DNA of 56,175 nucleotides, counting the filler, from Sphacelaria rigidula (lineage: Eukaryota), in the NCBI GenBank assembly GCA_964200075.2. It is 4 parts of 4 records of this genome, joined end to end, with 100 filler letters (N's around TTAATTAATTAA, not from the genome) between each part and the next. Parts side by side here need not be neighbours in the genome. Positions count along the whole stretch, not along the records: positions 1 to 13,970 come from CAXNAA020002540.1; positions 14,071 to 28,040 come from CAXNAA020002541.1; 2 more parts are not named here. One strand, written 5' to 3'. Under the pieces are notes generated by a model that did no database searches, had not been told where the DNA came from, and saw nothing but the letters and a program-made list of their open reading frames with translations. The position numbers and the translations under genes are program-made. The stretch's first letter is position 1. Each line of letters begins with the position of its first letter. Positions 13,143 through 22,606 of this stretch are shown here, one piece after another.

Positions 13143-13970
13143 CTGATGTTGGAGAGGAGAATGGCATATCTTAGCGGGTGCGCCCAACTCGGCACGGGCA
13201 CGATTAGTACTTGTTTTTGTTCAAAAACACAAACAAGGCAGATAGATGATCAATTGGGATTCTCGCTGACAAGGAAACAAGGATTCATTCAAGAGGTCGT
13301 CTTGAGGTGTGCGAGCGACCGCGGTTATGAGCACGTGAAACGACATCCTCACAAACTGTATCCAAAATTTTACTTGCGCGACACGCGAGTGGTAACATCT
13401 TGCTCTTGACTGTTTTGCTTCAGCACAGAAACGCCTCTATTCGAACACTCAAAAGTACAGGTGACGAGCTCTGTATGAACCGTCCCCATGCGCCCTCTTC
13501 TGTCTAAAGTTCGCGAGAGCTGCACCATCACTGGAGATGAGTCGCTCTGTAAATCGCGAAGACTGCAAGAGGGAGCTAGCTTCCGTTACGGAGTGTCCTC
13601 CACCCTCCAGAAAGGATCAGACCCGCAAGTGTACGCACACCTGCAGTACACACTATGGACCACCCTACAGGGTACGGTAGAGACAGTTTGACGAGCAGTG
13701 AACCTCTCTCTCGCGCTCCCCAGAATTTGAAATTATGCCTGGACACCTCATAAAAAACGATGAACACTGCGCTTTTAAAGTTGATGGTGGGTCGATCACG
13801 TAAGAAGGGCTACTTAAAAAAAAATCTGTTGAAAAACGTGCTGTTGAAAAAGGGCTTTTCTGATAACGTGGTTTCTATAGATTTTCGAAGATAACTTGAC
13901 CGTTTGTTAAGCCGTTTCCTATAATAGACAAAAATTAAAACCCAGAAAAATGTCTTTTTGGAGCTTTTAC

Positions 13971-14070
13971 NNNNNNNNNNNNNNNNNNNNNNNNNNNNNN
14001 NNNNNNNNNNNNNNTTAATTAATTAANNNNNNNNNNNNNNNNNNNNNNNNNNNNNNNNNNNNNNNNNNNN
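13971..14070. other. Artificial contig-join spacer (N-TTAATTAATTAA-N)
   Basis: 100-nt N run with an all-frame stop linker; the same linker recurs at 28041-28140 and 42109-42208. Contigs are 13970, 13970, 13968 and 13967 nt, i.e. sorted by length. Confidence 0.98.
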
Positions 14071-14253
14071 GCGCCGTGGTGTGTTCGGCGTGTCGCATGA
14101 AGGGTGAGCTGCACCCTGCTAAGATTGTTCTGCCCGAAGCCTACTGATTATCTTGTATGTGGGTGACAGCCTACAACGAGTTGTTTTATTATCTGGTATC
14201 GCCACCTCTAGAGACAGCCATGGCTTATACACTGCCTCATGGGTGTCTCACCA
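14071..14253 (-). mobile_element. SINE-like family X, copy A (cut by the contig edge), inserted in the Ngaro RT
   Basis: Aligns by eye with 23304-23616 and 27810-28040; all three begin TGGTGAG on the element strand. Confidence 0.8.
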
Positions 14254-14354
14254 GTGTGACATTGGTTGGGGGCTGCGTAAAGCTCTGATGCGCATGTTGT
14301 TCTTGCGGTAGAAATGTGGCCCGTCAGCCCGCATTCTGTTGAGTAAACTTGTCA

Positions 14355-14684
14355 GAGCAGTAGACCTAAAGTTTTGGTCGTATATCTATATTTGACAACA
14401 TGGTTACTTGAGTTTAGCCTTGAAAAAGTTTGGAAAAAGAATATGGTTTGGGGCAAGTGGGCTGTGGACCCAGCCCGTCCAGAACGTGTTTTTGTCGAAA
14501 TCGGCACTTGCGGCGTCGATTTCAGGTCTGCCAACGCACACTATGCCTAGGGGAACGTATGCACCCCCCTTGCCCGAGTGTCTCGTACGCCTTGGGTCGG
14601 GGTTAGGGTTAGGGTTAGCGCTATTCTTAGTTTGTTCGGAAAAATCAACCATATATATATACGACCAAAACTTTAGATCACCTC
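14355..14684. mobile_element. MITE (~330 bp) with ~30-bp TIRs and internal (TTAGGG)n
   Basis: Left GAG..GACCTAAAGTTTTGGTCGTATAT versus right ATATACGACCAAAACTTTAGATCACCTC; flanking duplication TGTCA (or GTC). Excision rejoins the RT frame LLSKL-VKEVF. GGGTTAGGGTTAGGGTTAG at ~14600-14618. Confidence 0.85.
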
Positions 14685-16255
14685 TGTCAAAGAGGTGTTT
14701 GGCCGCGTTGGTGGACCCAGCCCGTGCCGCTTATTTTGGATATGTGTTTGATAATATTGTGGGGGCTGATTTGTGTCTAGAATTCGGTTGGCGCAGAAGT
14801 CCCGGCTTTTGGGGCCTGCTAGCGGCGGCTTTGTAACCCTCGCACAACAACACATCCTTTTTCACACGCGCGGTGACGGATATCGGGCGTCGTGATGCCC
14901 ACTCAGTCTATCAAGATGGTACCACGCCGGCAGAAACGCGTTTTAACTCTGCGCCCGGACTGTAAGACCGTTCCGAGAGTTGGTGGCAGGGTGCGCGACC
15001 ATTGTTGTTTCGTGTGCATTTATGTTGACGATAATATATTGGTAGAAGTACAACATTTTCCTGACGGCAGGCGATGTTTGTACGCGTCGAGGTCCTCAAT
15101 ATCATATCATTATCGTTCACTGGGTGCGAGGGGGCCGGATGACCCACCGTTGTTAGATGCCAAAACAAGGTCGGCTTGGGACACCAGCTTGGAAGTGCTG
15201 GGATGGGTGATTAATACTGACTCCCTGCCGATGTCGCGTTCAGAGGCAGAATTCACAAACACTGCAAAGGCTAGTGTTGCAATGGCATCGGAATCGCAAA
15301 TGTGCAACAGTCAGAGACATTTCATCGTTGACCGGTCTCCTGCTACACTTGTCCTATGTTTTCCGTCCGGGGAACTTTTTTGTGCCCCTCATGCTCGCAT
15401 CGGCGGAGGTGCGTCGCCCCTCCTCGTCCTGTGTTGTGACGGGGGATGATTTTCAAACGAGGGCGGCGACGAAGTCGCGAGTGGTGAGAGTTTCACGATG
15501 ATTTAGACGTGTGGCGTTGGCTGGTCAGTGACGGTTTGTCGCAGTGTGGAGCAGTATTATTGTCCCCGGTGTACCGATTGGTGCTACGCCCACCCACGCT
15601 GTCCTTGTTTTCGGACGCATCGGGCGCTGCGGTTAGGGGATATTGTCTGCAGTCGGGCCTGCGGTAGCGGTATGACTTGTCCGATGAGGAACGTTTTCAA
15701 TTTGAATGTGATACGGTGCACTCGGAAGATGATACCTCGATCAACGTCTTGGAACTGTTGGGTATGGTCATGTCGGCGTGGGTATATACGTTCTCGGTGG
15801 GAGACGACCACGACATCGAGCTGATTACGTGCTTTTGCGCGAAGACAACTCATCCGCCGTGACTTGGGTAAATGCGTGCGGAGGGGGTAAGGAGCCCTGA
15901 TCGGGCACTCTGATGCGTATGCTTGGCGTGTTGAAAATAGCATCGGGATGGGTGTTTGAGGCGGAGCACGTGCCAAGGATTCTGAATGATGTTGCTAACG
16001 GCATTTCGCGACGGCCAATCAACTGTATCCCCGCTAACCTCTCGTCCCGCCGTCCCGATGTCCAATGGCATATGCAGAGCATCAGAACAGAGGGGAGGGG
16101 CCTGTGTTCATGCCTTTTGGCCGTGGGCTCGTGCAAAACGCCATTGCGCCGTCATCTGCGAGAACTTACAAGAGATATTTTGGTTCCTGGGTACAGCTCC
16201 GGCGGGAGATGGACCGAGTCGTGTTTTTGAGTGGCAGCGATGATGCGATACATAA

Positions 16256-19200
16256 TTTTGATTTTTTGATTGATTGAGTGTCGCACTTCAAGTGACCCCT
16301 CAGGGGTTCAGCCGTGATCTCATGATAGACGTACCCAAGAGAAACGAAACTGAAACGATCGCTGAAGAGAAGAAGGAACAGAAAAAAAAAATCGAACAGA
16401 ACGACATAGTAGACGAAGACGTGAAGAATGATAAAAAAGGGTCAACAAAAGCAAAGCACAGAAAGAAATGGCCGACCTAAAACCAAACAAAAAAGGAAAA
16501 GAATAGGAAAGTAAAGAGCAAATGAAATTGGATAAAATACAATGATGAAAAAACAAGAAGGAAAAAAGAGAGGAAAAAGCCCAAGGGATTCAGGGCAGCA
16601 GAGTAGATACAGATACACACCATTGGACACCACGGGGTCACCGACTAAGGACATAACCAACAACCGATACGAGAAATCAACAACCAATACGAGCAGATAG
16701 GATTCTTCAATTGGCAGCCTTCGAAGCAGAAGCCTCTCGCATGTGACAACGGTCTGATTCTCGCTACGTGTCCTCAAATCTTCCGCTCTCTTTTCGACTT
16801 CAAGATGCCATTTTCCCACGTTCTTCGCCGCAGTGACCCAATCGAATGCATCGGTAATCTTTACACCGTAAATGAACCACTTCCATCGGGCTCCTCTGTG
16901 CGGGACAGCCCCTGTAGGGTATCCTCCCATTGCGGGGGGGCGGCCGACCCCCGTGTGCCCTCGGACGGCAAGCCGACCTTTCATAACGCGTTCGAGAAGG
17001 CGTGTGTCCTTCTGCCGGACAAGGTCTTCCGCGAACCAGAGTTGACGTTCGCGGATAGTCGTCTTGATACGTTCGCATTTGGTCATTTCCGGCACCGCCC
17101 TGTGAAAAGAGTTTTGTAGCCATTTCGATTGTTCCTGCAAAATCCACCCACTCGCAGCTAGAGCTTGTGATGGGCAGTGCGCAGACTGTCGAAGTCCTCA
17201 AAACGCAGCGTCTATGTGGCACACCCATGCAACAGAGATCCTACCACCCCCGCTATAAGCAGTCGAACTTTCAAGGATAGCTCGGCGTTGGGTCGGTCGT
17301 AGAGTTGGGGGTTATACTTTCGGATACGCGCCCACGCTGCGCTGATACGGCGGTTGATTTCGATGGACATTTTCACATCCGCGCTGATCGCTCCAACAAG
17401 GTAGATGAACTTCCCTGTTTGCTTATACCGTTGACCGGCAGCTTTGATATTCAGGGTGGCCTCCGTGGGACTGGGTACTGACCAAAGGCGCATAGACTCT
17501 GGCTTGTTTTCAGAGACCACCAGACCGAATTCCTGGCCGGTCATCATTATCACGGCCATTCTTCGAGCAAGGTCCTCTGAGGTCTTCGAGGCTATGCAGG
17601 CGTCGCCCGCATAAAGCATTGCCCACACCGCGCGTCGCGCCTTTTCCAGTGGTGTCTCTTCCACGGGTTCACCCCCGACACCTTGTGGCGCATCATCTAG
17701 AAAGACCAAGCCTGAGAAGATGAGTGGATCCGCCGCAAACCGCTGAACGATCACTACCACCAAGCCTGCTCCGAAGATGTTGAACAGCAGCGGGAACGAA
17801 GCGCAACCTTGTCTGAGTCCCTGGCAGACGTCGAACCACGCTGATAGCTCGCCACTATCTAGTACTCGAGCTCGCATGCCGTCGTGCAACGTACGGATGA
17901 TTGTGATCATTCGCGACGGGACTCCGAACCGAGCAAGCACTTCCCACAGGCGCGTGCGGTCTACAGAATCGCAGGCTTTCTGTAGATCGATAAAGCACAT
18001 GTTTGTTGGGATGTTGCTCGCCTGTCCCAACTCCTGGAGTCGGCGTACTACGAACATCATGCCTGTGGTCGATCATTGGCGCCTAAATCCACGCTGCTCT
18101 TCCGGGAAGATATTTGTTTCTTCACAAAAATCACCGAGCCTGTTGGCTATGGTTTTGAGGAGAATTTTTGTAGTATGTGCCACAAGTGAATTGCCTCTGC
18201 AGTTACTACACAGGGTTCTATCTTGTTTTTGTGTGGCACTGTGATGGTGACATCATTCCATTTTTGCGGCACCTTGCCAGATGTCCATACCGCAGAGATA
18301 ATGCCGTGAAAGCGGTACAGAATGTCCGACGCCTCCCCGTGAAGTCTAAGCTACAGGATTTCAGCAGGAATACCATCCGGACCGGTTGCTTTGCCATTCC
18401 ACATGGCTCTCAGAGCCTCCTCAGTTTCACTTGTGCTTGGTGGGTCTCCTAGTGACAGCGCTATTGGTCGTTGAGCAATCTTCTCGATGATAGTGCGGTC
18501 GATAGTTGCCGATACGGCGTTCAGCAATGTCGAAAAGTTCCGTTCCTATCTCCCACTGATCAAACCTCTGTCCCGCAGTAAATTACCGCCTTCATCTCGA
18601 ATGTACTGTTCGGTCTCGATTGGTCGTCCAGACTGTCTCCACCCTTCGTTGGGATGGCTGCACCATCCTCTCATGTCCCCCGCTCGAGTATACTCCTCTT
18701 GTTCTCTAGAATACACATCCATATATTTGTCCACCCCAACTTGGATCACCTCTTCGATATTTTTGCATGCTGCTCGCAATCTGCGCCATCAGACTTTATC
18801 TCGAGATGATCCTAGTCTCACCGTTGATCTCGCCCTTTCCCTCTCCTTCCAGGCATGTTCGCATTCCATTCTGATTTCAGCATCCTTGAACCGCCCCGGT
18901 ATACGTGGTTTTCGGGTCAAACGGGGTACCACCTTTTCACCTTTTCAGCGGCACTCAAGAGTACTTCGGCTAAGTTCGTAGCCAGTGAACTGACTGTATC
19001 ACCAGATATACTCTGTTTGAGCTCGCCGATGATGAGCTGGGTGAGCTGCTCACGCCTGTCGGGGTCAGATACCCGTCTGTCGATCGGTGTACGCCCAATT
19101 GGGATTCGTTCAGGTCTGTTGTGTGCGAAGCGACCAAGGAGCCGCACTGAGATGCACACGATGTTGTGGTCAGAGTTTGGCGAGTTGGGGGGTTGAAGGT

Positions 19201-19322
19201 AGGCGGTGATACTACGAACAAGCCTGCGGTGGTCTTGCCGTGCGATGATGTTGTCAATGCGCTTTCCGTCCGCGGGGCGATTCGCAACACCGTTGAACGT
19301 ACGTGAGGTGTTCCTTGGGGGT
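16256..19322 (-). mobile_element. RTE-like LINE, 5'-truncated within APE, with intact 3' UTR and (AATC)n tail; nested in the YR gene
   Basis: ORF 17212-18060: MMFVVRRLQELG..FIDLQKACDSVDR..QGLRQGC..LYAGD..FIYLVGAI. C-terminal IRERQLWFAEDLVRQ..WVTAAKNVGKWH; T-rich UTR; terminal hairpin and AATC tail at 16256-16312. Confidence 0.92.
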
Positions 19323-20946
19323 GGGCTTCAGGTCGCCGCGTGCTGTGGCTGGACTTGTGTGCATCTTATCTTTTTTTGACGAGATCTTCCGAGATTTTTG
19401 CGGATTCCGCTCATTCTGATCATCCCCTAAACTGTTGCGAAGAAGGAATGTGGCATTTTTCAAGGGACGGACACCATTGCGTCGACTTGAGTGGGGTACA
19501 GTAGATCGGGTGGGAGTACGATGCCGGGCTTCCAGAGGAGATCAGTTACGAGTCGGAGTGGTGGTGACGCGCGTTCGCGAGGGTCCTGCGTTGGCATTTC
19601 AAAGGTCGTGGGGCGGTCGCACCAATGACTGAGTGTACGGTGTGCGAGGCTCCGGGGACTTACTGGTGTGGAATCGGTATGATGCGGTGACTGCGCTACG
19701 GCAAGTGATGGCGTTGGCTGGGCTCCCGCCCGCAGAGTTCGGTTGCACTCTTTGCGGATTGGTGGCGCCATCCACTTGTCTGCAGCAGGAGTGTCTTCAG
19801 AGGTGTTGCAAAAAGAGGGTAGATGGAAAGCGGACGCATTCAAGTCATACATCCGGGCTAACGACGCCAGTTGCGGTTTAGTATCAGGGGTCCTTGCCGA
19901 CAAGCATAGAAGCGGGGATCGGCAGCCTGGGCAGGGCGCCGGGTGGAGGGGTGAGTAATGACAGTACTCGGGGGAGGGCGGCTCATATCGCCAATCTACG
20001 TGGTGTGTGCGCAATTGAGTACGTAATACAAGGTCCCCCTTCGGGAGGTTCATACGGGCCTCCCTGGGGTGACGCAAGTCGAAAATATATATTCAAGAGA
20101 AGCTACTGTTGTATCTCACTGTACAGTAGTGATCGTGGCTGTACAAACCTTTGCACGTGTTATCGGATGTCCATCGGGAATATGGGAATTCGGACAGAGG
20201 CCGACGGCGGAACCGCCGGCGTAGGGCATGTGTGGTATACCCGAGGTGCCAGAGTGCGCAGTAGCTCTCGTGCCACGAAGACATGACAGCGGGAGGCACG
20301 CCCGAAAAATTGGAATGCGTGGAACATTCTTGGCATATTCTTCGTACATCACTGTGGATTCCACATCATCGGGCCTTTTTTTTAAAACAGGGTGATTGTT
20401 TTTGCGGCGAAACATGCCTATGCTGCCGTGCTGCTGTGCCTTGTTCAACTCGCCAACGACCCATTGCACGGTCTTGTGTTTGCTGCCGACTAAGGCTGAG
20501 GCAGTGTTCAAATGTTTTCAACTGCTTTGCTCTAATGTTCTCGTGACATTGACGGCATAACCGGTGTGTTTGTGATCCCAAATGCACGAGAACGCGACAA
20601 AGATAAACACGGAGGAAAAATACCCCGCCAAAAGTAATCCTGCTTGAAGATTTCCATGGTCTTCAACAGGCCTTTTGGGGGGTTCGGGTTCTTGTTCCTA
20701 GTTTTCCATGATCTTGAAAGGGCTTTGTGGGTCGGGATCAACACCCCGCGAAAAAGGGGCAGTTTGAGCGACTTTCGGTGGCCGGAACACGCACCATAGG
20801 TATCAGATGGCACCCAAACCTAAACGATAATGTACCGCTGAGCCTACTCAGTGCGCTGCAAAAGGAAGCGCGTGAAAAAACGCCATGCCGCCAGAGAAAA
20901 CTCGGCAAACACCATGACAAATGTGAAACGATACATGCACATACAT

Positions 20947-20950
20947 GTTG

Positions 20951-20982
<32 letters not shown>

Positions 20983-21003
20983 GGTGGTGGTGGTGGTGGT
21001 GTT
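20947..21003. repeat. Compound (GTT)n(GGT)n microsatellite
   Basis: Directly visible. Confidence 0.95.
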
Positions 21004-21175
21004 ATTTTTGTTGTCATCGCTGCTCCCTTTCTTCTTTCCTTTCTGAGGCCGCTGCTTCTGTCTTTTTCTGCTCCTTTCCTTTTTTTGTCTTTTATTATTC
21101 TGTTCGTTTTTTCGCTGCTCCTGACCACGGGTGGGATTGTTGCAATTAGCCAATGTGAGATAATCAATCAATCAT
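21004..21175 (+). mobile_element. LINE 3' UTR remnant with (AATC)n tail
   Basis: T-rich tract, then CCTGACCACGGG..TGTGAGATAATCAATCAATC; resembles the tails at 16256-16320 and 34798-34860. Confidence 0.65.
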
Positions 21176-21299
21176 ACATCAATACAGATGGGATGGGGTC
21201 GTCAGAGGTAGCGATGAAGGGTACAATAATATACGGTTATCGGCAAGCTGGATTAGGGAAGAGTGGTGTGGTCACGTTTAGATGAAGGAGCTAGGAACC

Positions 21300-22390
21300 G
21301 AGGTGGAATAGTTAGTTACATATGCACAGAAGGGACATGCCCCTACGGGCGGATTGCATTGCGGGGCTTTGGAAACGGGGGAGGTGGGTGGTACCCCCAC
21401 GTCCGCTTGGTTCGTGTGGAGGCTGGTGCGATTGCGCCCGGTGCAATCTCCAGGTGGGAGCCAGCGGTCGGACACGTGAGGAGTCACACTGTTTTTGGAT
21501 GGACGATTCATGAGATTTTCCCTACCCCCCTACGTTCCCCCCACGCCGGGAGGAGGAGGGGCGGGAGCGCATAATGAGACAAAATTCCAAAGCCACCGCA
21601 AAAAAGTTTCGATCCTGTGTTTGAAAAGAATCGAGCTTTTGTGCAGAAGCAGATAAACTTTTCTCAGATCCGGATTGCGGTTGAAGTATCTTGAAGCCAT
21701 TTCTGAACAGATGTGATGTGATCGGTGTGGGTGAGTCAGTTGGGAAGCGAGTAACAGCATCTCGAATCGTTGCTGTAGCTCGTGCGTTCCGTATATTTTC
21801 TCAAGGTTTTCATTCGCCCTTCCGCCACCCCCTCTACGTGGTTGAGGTTTGGGTCATGTGTGGCGCATGGCGCCAATGTCGAGGGCTCTTCCCGCTGGCA
21901 ATCGGATTGTTTCCTCACAGAGGTTTTACCGAGGGCTTGGTTTTCCCACGGCAGCGTTGAGGGTGGTTTGTTTCCGAACATCTTTTCTGACCACCCGCCC
22001 GATGCTTTCGACGGGGGAAGTGGCGCAGAGGAGAGTGTTCGATGACAGGGTCCAGCAGGAGTACGATATGTGATAAGGCTTGCGCTCCCTGCGGTGGATT
22101 GTTCGGGTTTCCCCCCTTCTATTCCGTTTAACCGGACACGGAGGGGATCGTGAGCATGCGATCGTGAGGGAATTCATCCGAGCTTGAGTCGCAGGCGCGG
22201 TCCCCGCGCTATACGCGTAGTGGAACGGAGTAGGCCGTGCGTCGACAGAATCATAGTGCCCCCCTTCTTTTGCCGGGAGACGTTTCTCGTGACTCTTTCC
22301 GATTACAACGTGGGGACGTCAGAGACCGTCCCTCTGCTTGAGCCTTCACACAAGCTTCCATTGCAATGTATTCGTCTGCGTTTAGTTTGA
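21300..22390 (-). mobile_element. Possible highly decayed non-LTR element C-terminal remnant
   Basis: Frameshifted coding-like pieces (LNADEYIAMEACVKA, SDVPTL*SERVTRNV..LSTHGLLRST, LLLASQLTHP); no catalytic motif seen. Confidence 0.25.
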
Positions 22391-22606
22391 AAAGGATTCA
22401 CCCCGACTCATGTTAAGTTACTGTACGGTACCGGCAATTTGACGGCCCACGACTCTCTATCCTTAGTTCTTTGTCCTGCATTGGCTTGTGTCTCGTGTTT
22501 CTTCTTCGTTTTTCTCCTCTACATTCCCCTTTTTTTTCCTTCTTGTTTCCTCTTTTTTACTTTGTTTTTGTTTTATATATATATATATATATGTTTCTCA
22601 GCGCAC

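Larger units (their letters stand above)
14254..20090 (+). mobile_element. Decayed DIRS/Ngaro-type tyrosine-recombinase retrotransposon (RT-RNase H-YR), interrupted by a MITE and a LINE
   Basis: RT: RMLFLR*KCGPSARILLSKL..VDPARAAYFGYVFDNIVGADLCLEFGWRRSPGFWG and YVDD (~15021). RNase H: SDASG..SINVLELLGMV..DNSSAV..HVPRILNDVANGISR. YR: AIAPSSARTYKRYFGSW, resuming after 19323 as RVLWLDLCASYLFLTRSSEIF..HSLRIGGAIHL..GRWKADAFKSYIR, stop at 19958. Confidence 0.92.

Noticed and set aside
13488-13691. Possible first RAD51 exon or small ORF
   Set aside because: No RAD51 N-terminal peptide on the minus strand; the plus strand looks like a decayed LINE endonuclease scrap.
20116-20813. Minus-strand ORFs as downstream RGS exons or a transposase
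   Set aside because: No recognisable motif or convincing splice model; left unassigned.
20727-21285. Poly-C/W/G/T/P ORFs, and the poly-ET/VS ORFs at 24423-24715
   Set aside because: Translation artefacts of microsatellites.
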